DNA of 53,717 bases from the NCBI GenBank assembly GCA_963575745.1, contig CAUYUJ010000293.1, positions 62,001 to 115,717 on the forward strand, read 5' to 3'. The notes under the pieces were generated by a model. It made no database searches and was not told where the DNA came from. It saw nothing but the letters and a program-made list of their open reading frames with translations. Positions 1 to 12,549 of the stretch are shown one piece after another. Positions within the stretch are counted from its first letter, which is position 1. Each line of letters opens with the position of its first letter. Origin of the DNA: Prorocentrum cordatum (lineage: Eukaryota). Position numbers and translations under genes: made by a program.

Positions 1-1942
1 CTCCTGCGACTTCCCCGCCGGCCTGCCGAGCAGGCTTCGGTGGCCCCGTAGGAGACAGGCTTTTTCCCACCCTGGATGCACCTTTTTATTTTCGACGTGA
101 CTTGGTGAAGTTAACTGCGCTGCAGAGGTCCGATAGAAAGAAAAGAAGTCTGATGTCTCCGAATCGATTCCTGTGATTGCCAGCCCTGCAGCCCCACTAC
201 AGCCCGAGTTAAGTGCAGAAAACCAACAGCAGCTCTCAGGATGACTCGAACAATACGAATAGTTTCGCAGACCTAGTTCAGGCAGCAGACCGAGTTCTGA
301 GCTCTGGATTCGACAGACGGACGCGCCTGATGTCTTCAAATAGGCAAACTTACTTTTTTTCATGTCGACATGAAGTTGGTTTCCCCAAGTGTTTTGATAG
401 TCGCCATATAGATGTCACCATAAATATGATTGCTCCAAGTGTTTTGATAGCAAGAGTGCGCCTACAGAGCTCATATTAAGACGGAGAGGCCCTCATAGTC
501 GGTTACAGGTGCGAAAAATCTGCTTTCTGAAAATAATTGGACAAATATGCTTCAAATATTGCAAAATCGCCCAAAAGTTACCACATTGTCCTGTCTGGTC
601 GGGTCGACCAACTAGCTCCAGCCCGCGCCGGAATTCTTCTGGCTCATCGATGCCGAAGAGCTCCGAGGTATTTTCAACCGACCAAAAATCAGCAAAAGGT
701 CCGTCGATATTTTTCTTGCCAACTCGCTCTCCAGCGCCCCGGAATTACTCTTAAGCTTCCAGCAATAACTTTCTAAGGGAAGCTCTACGAGTTACTATTT
801 GTTTTGTTCGAGTCATCTTGAGAGGTGCTGTCGATTTACGCGCGTAACTCGGGCTGTAGGAGAGCTACAGAGCCCGTACAGAAAACAATCCAGAAGCATC
901 GGGGGCGTTCGGCTGTTCCATGAGAGGTCTGAAATCGGTTGGGCTGAAAAACTATTCGTACCTCGTGGAGCTCTTCGACATCGATGAGCCAGAGGCATTC
1001 CGGCGCGGGGTGGAGCTAGTACCTCGTAGAGCTCTTCGTCGACGATGAGCTCGAGGAATTCTGGCGCGGGGTGGAGCTAGTTCTTGGGCCCGACCTGAAA
1101 GGACAAAGTGGTAACTTTTGGGTGGTTTTGCGAATATTTGAGATATTTGACCATTTATTGCAGATTTTTCGCACCTGTGAAAGGTTATGAGCTCTCTAGG
1201 CGCACTTTTACTACCGAAGCACTTGGGGGAACCAACTTCATTCAGATTTGAAAAAAATCAATGTTCAATTTTTCGAGAAATGCCTCCAGAAGCCCTCTCT
1301 TTCGACTCTGAGCTCTCTCGCGCGTGAAAGGAGCTCTACGAGGTTCCCGGCGGTGACTAGGTTGACGGTTCACCGCCGGCGCCAGTTGGCCGACCCGGCC
1401 CCGACGGACAAAGTGACAACTTTTGGGTGGTTTTCCGAATATTTGAAAGATACTTGGCCATTTATTTTTAGAAAGCAGATTTTTCGCACCTGTAGACGAC
1501 TGTCAGGACCTCCGCGTCTTGATATGAGCACTCTAGATGCACTTTTACTATCAAAACACTTGACCAAACCAACTTTATGCCGACATAAAAAAATCATGTT
1601 TCCTCTTTTTCGAGAAATGCTTTCAGAAGCCCTCTCTGTTAATGCTGAGCACTCTTACGCGAGCTAGGAGCTCTATGAGGTTTTCTGGCGCTGACCAGGT
1701 TGACGGTTCACCGCCGGCGCCAGTTCTCTGCATGTTTTCCAACATTAAATTTTCTCAGGAAGCTCTACGAGTCTCCCGGCGGTAAGAAAGGTTGACGGTT
1801 TACCGCCGGCGCCCAGTTGGTCGAGCCGACCAGAAAGGACATGTGGGTGATTTTGCAAATATTTGAAAGATATTTGACCGTTTATTTTAAGAAAGCAGAT
1901 TTTTCGCACCTGTAAACGATTATGAGGGCCTCTCTGTCTTAA

Positions 1943-2340
1943 TACCTCGTAGAGCTCTTCGGCATCGATGAGCTAGAGGAATTCCCGCGCGGGGTGGAGC
2001 TAGTTGGTCGAGCCGACCAGAAAGGACACAGTGGCAACTTTTGGGTGACTTTGCAACTATTTGAAAGATATTTGACCATTTATTTTGAGAAAGCAGATTC
2101 TTCGCACCTGTAAACGATTATGAGAGCCTCTCCGTCTTAATATGAGCTCTGTAGGCGCACTTTTACTATCAAAATACTTGGCGGAACCAAGTTCACGTCG
2201 ACATGGAAACAATTATTTTTGCCTTCTTCGAGAAATGCCACCAGAAGCTCTCTCTTCCGACTCTGAGCGCTCTCGCGCGTGAAAGGAGCTCTACGAGGTT
2301 CCCGGCGGTGACCAGGTTGACGGTTCACCGCCGGCGCCAG
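1943..2340 (+). mobile_element. Complete ~400-bp Helentron-like non-autonomous element (family A)
   Basis: Starts TACCTCGTAGAGCTC and ends GAGCTCTACGAGGT (14-bp inverted partner) + CCGGCGGTGACC/GGTTCACCGCCGG hairpin + CGCCAG, followed by T. Confidence 0.7.
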
Positions 2341-3126
2341 TTGGCCGACCCGATCAGAAGAGACAATGTGACAACTTTCGGTTGGTTTTCCTAAGATTTC
2401 AAAGATATTTGACAATTCATTTTCAGAACTCAGATTTTCCGCACCTGTGAACGACAATGAGCTCTGTAGGCGCACATTTACTATTAAAACATTTGGCGGA
2501 TGCAACTTCATGTCGATATGAAAAAAAAAGCAATGTTCAATTTTTCTAGAAATGCCTCCAGAAGCTCTCCCTTCCGACTCTGCGCACTCTCACGCGTGAA
2601 AGGAGCTCTACGAGGTTCCCGGCGGTGACCAGGTTCACGGTTCACCGCCGGTGCCAGTCGATGAGCTAGAGGAATTCCGCCGCGGGGTGGAGCTAGTTGG
2701 TCGACCCGGCCAGAAAAGAAGATGTGATAACTTTGGGTGGGTTTTTCGAAGATTTGAAAGGCATTTGACAATTCATTCTGAGAAACCAGATTTTTCGCAC
2801 CTGTAGACGATGAGAGCGGCTGCGTCTTAATATGAGCTATGTAGGCGCATTTTTACTATCGAAACACTTGGCGCAACCAACTTTATGTCGACATGAAAAA
2901 AAATGAATGTTCAATTTTTTGAGAAATGCCTCCAGAATCTCTCTCATTCGTTTCTGAGCACTCTCACGTGTGGAAGGAGCTCTACGAGGTTCCCGGCGGT
3001 GACCAGGTTGACGGTTCATCGCCGGTGCCAGTATATTGGACCATTCATTTTGAGAAAGCATGTTTTTCGCACCTCTAAACGACTATGAGGGCCTCTGCGT
3101 CTTAATATGAGCTCGGTAGGCGCAAA

Positions 3127-3529
3127 TACCTCGTAGAGCTCTTCGACATTGATGAGCTAGAGGAATTTCGGCGCGGGCTGGAGCTAGTTGGTCGACCCGG
3201 TGTCAAGAGACAAAGTGGTGACTTTGGGTCGGTTTTGTTAAGATTTAAGAGATATTTGACAATTCATTTTGAGAAACCAGATTTTTCGCACCTGTAATGG
3301 GTTATGGCGCGTGCGCCTGTAAAATTTTCAGGCCCGTAGGTACAGTATTACTACCAAAGCACTTGGAGCAACCGACGTTGGACAAAATCAGAAAAAAACG
3401 TATTTTTTCGAGTTTTTTGGGCCTCGCCCCAGAAGCTTCCTTCATGTGTTCCGAGCAGCGCGGTGTGAGAAAATAGCTCTACGAGGGTCCCGGCGGTAAC
3501 CTGGTTGACGGTTCACCGCCGGTTCCCAG
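3127..3529 (+). mobile_element. Complete 403-bp Helentron-like element (family B), clean insertion without TSD
   Basis: The flanks GGCGCAAA and TTTACTATCAAAACACTTGG rejoin to the uninterrupted motif seen at ~4385-4411 (GACGCAAATTTACTATCAAAACACTTGG). Asymmetric inverted repeats and 3' hairpin are present. Confidence 0.8.
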
Positions 3530-3744
3530 TTTACTATCAAAACACTTGGGGGAACCAACTTCATGTCGACATGAAAAAAATAATGTTCAATTTTTCGAGA
3601 AATGCCTCGAGAAGCTCTCTCTTTCGGCTCTGAGCACATCTGGCGTGGGAGGAGCTCTACGAGGTTCCCGGCGGTGACCAGGTTGACGGTTCACCGCCGG
3701 CGCCAGTTGATGAGCCAGAGGAATTCCGGCGCGGGGTGAGCTAG

Positions 3745-4069
3745 TTCCCGGAGAGCTCTCTGAGGGCTAGAGGGTTTTAGATTAGAGGCCGGACGGTGGT
3801 GGTGCCCGCCAGCAGCCCATCTCCGCCGGTCCACGATCCCCGCAGCGGCTCGCCCGAGCCGGCAGCGTGACCGGGATAGCTTCCGGCAAGCTTCCACGCG
3901 TGCCCTCACGCGTGCAGGCGCGCGTGGAAGCGTTTATGGCAGCGCCTCAGAAGGGCTGCAGGGGGGCCCCCCAGAACCCCAGAAGCGCCTCACGAGACCG
4001 TCCGAGGGCTCGCCAGAAAAACTTTCCGGTATGTGTTCCTTTGGTCTCCGGGTATTGGACGCTACCGAG
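3745..4069 (+). mobile_element. ~325-bp GC-rich Helentron-like element (family F)
   Basis: Starts TTCCCGGAGA and ends TCTCCGGG + TTGGACGCTACCGAG small hairpin. It is inserted at the GAGCTAG^(T)TGGTCGA site of a family A/B 5' module and contains an internal CACGCGTG palindrome cluster. Confidence 0.65.
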
Positions 4070-6439
4070 GTGGTCGATCCGGCCAGAAAGGACAAAGTGA
4101 TAATTTTGGATCGGTTTTGCTAAGATTTGAAAGATATTCGACCATTCATTTTGAGAAACCTGATTGTTCGCACCTCTAGACGACTTTAAGGTCCTCTGCG
4201 TCTTAACATGAGTTCTGTAGGCGCACTTTTACCATCGAAACACTTGTGGGAAACAACTTCATGTCGACATGACAAAAAGAATATTCAATTGTTTGAGGAA
4301 TGCCTCCAGAGGCACTCTCACGCGTGGAAGCAGCTCTACGAGATTCCCGGCGGTGATCACTCTGATCGGCTCACCAGCTCAGTAGACGCAAATTTACTAT
4401 CAAAACACTTGGCGGAACCAACCTCATCTCGACATGAAAAAATGAATCATCTTTCGAGAAATACCTCTAGAAGCTCTCTCTTTCGACTCTGAGCACTTTA
4501 CGCGTGGGAGGAGCTCTACGAGGTTCCCGGCGGTGACCAGGTTGACGGTTCACCGCCGGCGCCATTGGTCGACCCGAGCAGAAAGGACAATGTGGCAAGT
4601 TTTGGTCGGCTTTGCTAAGATTTGAGATATTTCATTATTCATTTTGAGAAAGCAGGTTCCCAGCGATGACCAGGTTGACGGTTCACCGCCGGTGCCAGTC
4701 TAGACAGATGAGCTATAGATCTACAGCAATGAGATATCACTAGCGCGTAGGATCAGTCTGGTATCAGCGCTCGGGCTGAAAAAATATGCGTTCTCTGCTC
4801 ATTCTTTTGACATAATATTTGGTTAGGAAGCTCTACGAGTCCCCCGGCGATAAGAAAGGTTAAGGGTTTACCGCCGGCGCCCAATCGATGAGCTAGAGGA
4901 ATTCCGGCGTGGGGTGGAGCTAGTACCTTGTAGAACTCTTCGGCGTCGATGAGCTAGAGGAATTCTGGCGCGGGATGGAGCTAGTACCTCGTAGAGCTCT
5001 TCGGCATCGATGAACCAGAGGAATTCTGGCGCGGGGTGGAGCTAGTTGGCCGACCCTGCCGAGGCGGACAAAGTGTTAACTTTTAGTCGGTTTTGCTTCC
5101 ACCTCGTACAGCTTTTCGTCATCGATAAGCTAGAGAGATTCCGGCGCGGGGTGGAGCTAAATGGTCGACCGACGAGAAGAGACAATGTAACAAACTTTGG
5201 GTCGGTTTTTCTACGATTGAAAGATAGTTAACCATTGATTTTGAGAAACCTGATTTTTCGCACCTGTAGTGGGTTATGTCGCGTCTGCGAGTCCAATTCT
5301 CAGGTCCGTAGGTGCAGTATTACTGTCAAAACATCTGGAGCAACCCACTTTGGATGAAAGCCGACACATTCTGATTTTTCGAGTTTTTCGGCTCTCGCTT
5401 CAGAGGCTTCCTTCATGTGTTCCGAGGAGCGCTGTGCAAGAAAAGAGCTCTACGAGGTGCCCGGCGGTGACCTGGTTGACGATTTACCGCCAGTTCCCAT
5501 ATTTGAAAGATATTTGCCATGTGTTTTAAGAAAGGAGATTTTTTACGTTGAGCATTTGCATATAAGCTTTACTCTGAGAGCAGCTCAGCCTTCCCGATGC
5601 ATTCTAGTATGAGTTGACTTCCAGGAACCGAGCTTATAAACATCGAAAAACATTTCAAAATCAAGATTTTAAGAAAATCTTCATTTTAATTCTCTACTTC
5701 GATTCTCAGCACTCTTACTGGTGCCAGGAGCTCTAGGAGGTTCCCGGCGGTGACCAGGTTGACGGTTGACCGCCGGCGCCCGTTTGCCGACCCGACCAAA
5801 AGAGACAATGTGGCAACTTTGGGTTGGTTTTGCTTTGATTTGGAAGATGTTTGACCATTCATTGTGAGACACCAGATTTTTCGCACCTGTAGTGGCTTAT
5901 GCCGCGTCTGCCAGTCAAATTCTCAGGTCCGTAGGTGCAGTATTACTATCAAAACATTTGGAGGAACCGACTTTGAATGAAAACCGAAAAATAGTGTTTT
6001 TTTCGAGTTTTTCGGCTCTCGCTTCAGAAGCTTCCTTCATGTGTTCCGAGGAGCGCTGTGCAAGACAAGAGCTCTACGAGGTGCCCGGGGGTAACCAGGT
6101 TGACGGCTTACCGCCGGTTCCCAGTTGGCCCACCCGGCTCGGGCGGACAAAGTGATAACTTGTGGTTTGTTTTGCTAAGATTCGAAAGATATGTGACCAT
6201 TTATTTTGAGAAAGCAGATTTTTGAGTTAAGCATACGCATTTAAATTTTGTTCCCCAGCAGCTCAGCTCTCTAGAGCCAGTTTCAGTACTAGTTCACTTC
6301 CGGAAACCGACTTTATGTTGATTCCGAAATATCTCACTTTGACGTTTTCCTAGAAAAGCTCCCAGAATCTCTCCGCTTCGATCCTGAGCTTTCTTATGGG
6401 TGCAAGGAGCTCTACGAGGTTCCCGGCGGTGACCAGGTT

Positions 6440-7684
6440 GCTGCTGTCCCTCCTCGGGGATCTCAGCGGTGGCCTGGCCCGTCGGTGGCTTCCTCAAGCC
6501 TGTCTCCTCAGGCTGCCCCCTGGGCGGCCGTGTGCGCGCGGGCGGGCCGTGCAATAAATTCGGGTACTTCGTCGGCTGCGACGACCTTCTCTCCTTGGGC
6601 CTACAGATGATAGGTGCTGGAGGCCAGCTCTGTTTGGCATCAGAAGTGGGACTGACTTCAACGCATAGGCCGCTGTCGTCGCTTTGTACTTGTTTGTACT
6701 GCCTGCTTGCGCTTTCTCCATTATTGCTCTTGCACACGTGTGTATTCTTTGACATTGAGGTACTTTGACAGTTCTGTGACATTGGAGTATCTTGAGATTG
6801 ATGTTCTCTGCATTGTATCGGCGTGCCTGTTTCCATTCTTTCTTTCTTTGAATCGTATCGATCAGAATTCAAGATACTTGAGTGCGTTATCAGACACTCA
6901 GTTATGCAGGTGATTCAAGATACTGAGTCCGTTATCAGACATACAGTTATCCGAGAGTTACTTCTTGAGTGCGTTATCAGACATTCAGTTATCACACATT
7001 TGACGTGAGCATACGACTCTTGTCTTACCGCGGGTTGTTACGACATATTTCGGACTTTGTGTTTGCGTTTACTCTTGCCATGCTGTCTGTGTGTGTGTCG
7101 GACATGCGCGCATGTTGGTATAAGAGCTCCGCGTGATCTTCACTTTGTTCGGAACAAGAGTTTTGCATGTGCCCACTCCCGCTCGAAGAGTGGTGGGTGT
7201 CTTGCCTGACTCTGTGCACAGTCGACCGCAAATTCGTTGTGTTTCACGTGCATGGTCTTTCAGTGGTGCTGAGACGGTAATCGCTATATGTGGTTACTGC
7301 ATGGTCTCGCATTACTTTGAAGTGTACTCGTCATTTTAGTTGTTAGTTTTGTGTTTGTCTCAGTGGTGTTGAGACGGTAATCGCTGTATAAACCAGTGGT
7401 TACTGTATGGTCGTTCACTGCTTCTATTCTCAGTGGTGCTGAGACGGTAATCGCTCTATGTGGTTACTGCATGGTCTCGCATTGCTTTTACTTCCTCTTT
7501 ATATTTTAGTTGTATTCTCGTGTATTGGCAGATTGTGCATATCTGTGCAGCTTCGCTGTTTGATGCACCTCTGCTTCAATCTTTGCAGCTTCGCTGTCTT
7601 CCTGTACAGCTTCGCTGTTTAGGTTCTCTGTGTTTAGGCCTGCTCCCATGGGAGCTCGAACCGGCCTTCGCAAAAGACGCAAAA
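6440..7684 (+). mobile_element. Site-specific retroposon-like insertion 1 (non-coding, ~1.25 kb) in a Helentron 3' hairpin loop
   Basis: Splits the hairpin at ...GACCAGGTT^GAC..., with a degenerate 9-bp TSD GACCAGGTT (6431-6439)/GAGTAGGTT (7685-7693). It has a 3' stem-loop GCTCCCATGGGAGC and a CGCAAAAGACGCAAAA tail, plus internal short repeats. Confidence 0.7.
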
Positions 7685-10333
7685 GAGTAGGTTGACAGTT
7701 CGCCGCCGGCGCCAGTTGGCCGACCCGACCAGAACGGACAATGTGAGAACTTTTGTTCGGTTTTGCTAAGATTCGAAAGATATTTGACCATTCATTTTGA
7801 AAAAGCATATTTTCACGCGTGGCATTTGCATATAAGCTTCGCTTTCAGAGCAGCTCAGCTCTCCCGAGGGAGTTTTACTATGGGTTCTTTTCCGGGAACC
7901 CAGCTCGTATTGACATCGAAAAATACCAGAATTGAGATTTCTTAAAAATTCATCAGCGAAGCTCCTGCTTCGATTCTGAGCACTCTAGTGCGTGCAAGGG
8001 TCTCTACGACGTTCCCGGCGGTGACTAGGTTGACGGTTCACCGCCGGCGCCAGTTTTGGACGCTACCAAGTTGGTCGACTCGGCCCGGACGGACATTGTG
8101 ATAACTTTTGGTCGGTTTTGCTGAGATTTGAAAGATATTGAACCATTTGTATTGAGAAACCAGATTTTTGCGCTAAGCATGCGCATGTAAACTTTGTTCC
8201 CAGAGCAGCTCAGCTCTACCAAGGGAGTTTTACTATAGGTTCACTTCCGGGAACCGAGCTCGTATTGATATGGAAAATTACAGAAATGAAGATTTTAAGA
8301 AAATCTTCTCCGAAGCTCTGTGCTTCGATTCTGAGCACTCTATTGCGTGCCAGGAGCTCTATGAGGTTCCCAGCGGTGACCAGGTTGACGGTTTACCGCC
8401 GGCGCAGTTGAGATTTTGAGAAAATCTTCTACAAAGTTCTCTGTTTCGATTCTGCTAGTGTGTGCGAGGAGCTCAACGAGGTTCCTGGCGGTGACCAGGT
8501 TGACGGTTTACCGCCGGCGCCAGTAACTTTGGGTTGGTTTTGCTAAGATGTGAAAGATATTTGACCATTCATTTTGAGAAACCAGATTTTTCGCACCTGT
8601 AGTGGGTTATGACGCGCGCGCCTGTGAAATTCTCAGGCCCGTAGGTGCAGTATTGCTATCAAAACACTTGGAGCAACCGACGTTGGATAAAAACAGAAAA
8701 ACGTGTTTTTTCCCCCCCCGAGTTTTCCGACTCTCGCTCCTGCACGTGTTCCGAGAAGCGTCATGCGAGAAAAGAGCTCTACGAGGGTTCTGGCGGTAAC
8801 CTGGTTGACGGTTTACCGCCGGTTCCTGGTCTAAAACCTTCGAGCTCTCAGAGAGCTCTCCGGGAATTTCTTCACTTAACTCGATCTGCCGATGAGTTCG
8901 AGAGCTCTTCCGCACCTGAATCAGAGGAAACTCATGAGGCGCGCCAGTCGAAGTTTCTAGACGCTTGCCTTGGGTCTGTTATGAGCGCAAACGTCAAATA
9001 ACTAGTCATACTTGTGTATTTTCTTGTAATGGAATTCGTTTCCTGGGCAGAGATCGACGTGCAGATGAGCTGGAGAGCTCTGAGGCACTGGAATGGGAAG
9101 ATAATCGTCTTGCGCGCTATTTGAAACTATGTAGACACCCGCGCTCAGTCTGCTGTGAGCGATCCCGCCGGAGTGTTTTTTGGCAGTACAAAGTGCCCGA
9201 TCGAGCGGAGATTAAGACGGCGAGCGGGAATGAGATCGAATATCAAGGGCAAAAAAACCTCGTAGAGCTCTTCGACATCGATGAGCTAGAGGAATTCCGG
9301 CGCGGGGTGGAGCTAGTTGGCCGACCCGGCCCGGGCGGGCAATGTGACAACTTTTTGTCGGTTTTGTTGAGATTTGAAAGGTATTTGACAATTCATTTGG
9401 AGAAACCAGATTTTTGCGCCAAAGAGACAGTGTGGTGACCTGGGGACTGTTTTCCTAAGATTCCAAAGATATTTGACCACTCATTTTGAGAAACCAGATT
9501 TTTCGCACCTGTAGTGGGTTATGCCGCGTCTACCAGTCAAATTCGCAGGTTCGTAGGTGCAGTATTATTATTATGACACTTGGAGGAACCGACTCTGGTT
9601 TGAGTCATCTTGACACGCGTTGACGGTTTTCTGTACTTATCTCGAGATTTAGGAGAGCTACAGAGTTTTTACTTGCAGAAACTGATCCAGAATCATCAGT
9701 CGTGTCTGTTGTATCCAGATGTCTGAACGCGGTGCTACTCGAGCCTGGCCCGCAAAACTAGTCCTATTCTTCGAGTCATTTTGACGAGAGCTGTCGGTTT
9801 TCTGTACTTAACTGAAGATTTAGAAGAGCTACAGAGCTGCAGCAGACGCGTTCGTCTGTTGCATGGAGAGTTCTGAACTCGGTCTGCTACTCGATCTAGG
9901 TCCGCGAAACTATTCGTATTCTACATATTCAATTTACAGGCGCTGTCGTTGTTCTGTACTTAACTCGAGCTGTAGCAGAGCTACAGAGCTGGTACGCAGA
10001 GAAGCCGATCCATAATCATCAGTTGCGTTTGGCTGAAGCATCTAGAGCTCTGAGCACAGTCTGCTACTCGAGCTAGGTCCGCAAACCTATTTGTATGCGA
10101 CTGTTTGTTTCTCGAAATGATGGTGTTTTTTTCACTTAACTCGAGCTGCAAATGAGCTTGAGAGCTCTTCTGCACAGAAATCAGACGAAAATTATCAGGC
10201 GCGATGGACTGAAGTATCTAGACACTTGACTTGGGTCTGTTATGAGCACAGACGCCGAAGAACTATTATTATTTTGCTATTTTTCGACTTGGTCTATTTA
10301 GAGCTCTACGAGGGTCCCGGCGGTAACCTGGTT

Positions 10334-10558
10334 AGTAGGGCCTCCTCTCTTTGTCCAATTATATGGGAAGTAGTAGGGCGTTGTGCACAGGCACTCCCCT
10401 CCCATAGCAGTATCACTGACGCTGAGCTTTCGGGCCTCGAGGGCCTCTTGCGGGCCGCAGCCCAGGTGGCCCAAGACCTCCAGCTGCAGAGAGACTAGGT
10501 AGGCACTTAACGGGCGCTGGGGCGCTCGGTGCCTGGTCAGCCTCCCCCCCAAAAAAAA
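10334..10558 (+). mobile_element. Site-specific retroposon-like insertion 2 (225 bp, probably 5'-truncated)
   Basis: Perfect TSD AACCTGGTT (10325-10333 and 10559-10567), A-tail, and 3' stem-loop AGGCAC..GGGCGC-TGGG-GCGCTC..GTGCCT. Same hairpin-loop position as insertions 1 and 3. Confidence 0.8.
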
Positions 10559-11776
10559 AACCTGGTTGACGGTTTACCGCCGGCTCCCAGTTTTCAACCG
10601 AGCAAAAGTCAGCAAAAGTTCCGTCGAGATTTTTCTTGCCAACTGGCTCTACAGCGCGTTCGAACTGGCGCCGACGGTGAACCGTCAACCTTCTCACCGC
10701 CGGGAACCTCGTGAAGCTCCTTGCACGCGTAACAGTGCTCAGGATCGGAGCATGGAGCTTCTCAGGTTATTTATAGAAAAACGTCAAATTAACATTTTTT
10801 GGTGTCAACATGAAGTCGGTTCCTGGAAGTGAACTGATACTAATCTGGATTAGAGCTCTAGTCTTCTTTCCCATAATATTCGATCTGATTTCCGCTCGCC
10901 ATCTCAGATCGCCGGGGTATCTATTACTGCCAAAAAGCACTGGGGCGGGATCGGCTGTTTCGAGTTATCTCGAGAGCTGCTGTCGTTTTGCTGTGCCCGC
11001 GCTGTAGGAGAGCTACAGAGCTGATGCTCACAAAAACCGATTCAGAATCATCAGGCACTTTCATCTGCAGCATCCAAGAGGTCTGAAATCAGTCTGCTAC
11101 CCGAGCTAGGTTATTCGTATTTTACCGACTTTTTGGCCAGATGCTGTCGATTTTCGGTAGAGAGCTAGAGAGCTGGTGAGCACACGCAATCGATCCAGCA
11201 TCATCAGGTGCGTTGGTGTGAATCATCCACAGGTCTGAATCCGGTCTACTACTCAAACTAAGTCTGCGAAACTATTCGTATGCTGAGTTTCTTGGAGATG
11301 GTATGGGTTTTCTTGGTATAACTCGCGCTGCAGATGAGCTACAGAGCTGTCCAGCACAGCAATCGGAAGGGAATCATCAGAGGCGCTAGCGCTAGAGAGC
11401 TAGTTGGCAAGAACAATCTCGACGGACTTTTTGGTGACTTTTGCTCGGTTGAAAATTATGTTCTCGCAATTCAACAAGTCGTTAGAGCTCTAGTTTTTTT
11501 TCGGACCATATTCGATCCCATTCTCGCTCACCGTCTCAATCTCAGCTCGATTGGGTACCTATTACTGCTAGAAAGCGTCGCGGCGGGATCGGCCCTTCCG
11601 AGTCATCTTGACAGGCGCTGTCGGTTCTCTGTACTTAACTCGAGCTGTAGGAGAGCTACAGAGCTGGTGCTCACTCAAACCGATTCAGAATCATCAGGCG
11701 CTTTCATCTGAAGCATCTAGAGGTCTGACCTCACTCTGCTCCCGAGCTAAGTCCGCAACGCTATTCGTATTCTACC

Positions 11777-11777
<1 letters not shown>

Positions 11778-11852
<75 letters not shown>
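11778..11852. repeat. Poly(T) tract, 75 nt
   Basis: Direct reading; lies inside a ~180-bp repeat unit. Confidence 0.9.
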
Positions 11853-11853
<1 letters not shown>

Positions 11854-12549
11854 GTTGTTGCAAGATGCTGTCGATTTTCGGTACTGAACTCGAGCTGTAG
11901 AAGAGCTGGAGAGCTGGTACGCCCACGTAATCGATTCAGAATCAGCAGGCGCGTTCGTTCGAAGCCTCTAGAGGTCTGAACTCGGTCTACTACTCGAGCT
12001 AGGTCAAAGCTCTCCAGTGTGCGTGCCTCTTACCTCGTAGAGCTCTTCGGCGTCGATGAGCTAGGAATTCCGGCGCAGGGTGCAGCTAGTTGCCAACCCC
12101 CGCCCGGGCGAACACTGACAACCTGGTGTCGGTTTTTGAAGATTTTGAGATATTATCTCGTAGAGATCTTCGTTATACCCCGTGGAGCTCCTCGGCGTCG
12201 ATGAGATAGAGGAACTCTGGCGCGGGGTGGAGCTAGTTGGTCGACCCGACCAGAACGGACAACGTGACAACTTTGGGTCGGTGTTGCTAAGATTTGAAAG
12301 ACATTTGACAATTCATTCTGAGAAAGCAGATTCTTACGCCGAGCATTGGCATATAAGCTTTGTTCCGAGAGCAGCTCAGCTCTCTCGAGGCAGTTTTACT
12401 ATTGGTTCACTTCCGGGAGCCGACCTCATATGAACATCAATTAGCCTGACGAAAGACCCAACCATACGTAGTTGTGAATACCGCAATTGTGCATATCGTG
12501 GGGGCTCCTTCTCCTCCTCCTCCTCCTCCCTCCCTCTGGGACCGCGATT

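Noticed and set aside
6440..6500. HDV-like ribozyme at the 5' end of insertion 1 (GCTGCTG/CAGCGGT pairing, TCCTCG loop, following GG)
   Set aside because: There is no room for P2, and P3 does not abut P1 as the HDV fold requires; it reads as a simple hairpin. A covariance-model search would settle it.
6294..6872. 192-aa minus-strand ORF
   Set aside because: It crosses the insertion boundary into host repeat, is antisense to the A-tailed strand, and has no recognisable motif.
1330..8525. Recurring palindromic ~55-bp motif as a CRISPR array or integron attC series
   Set aside because: Spacing is irregular, the intervening sequences are themselves repeats, there are no cas or integrase genes, and the context is eukaryotic. 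The motif behaves as an element terminus.
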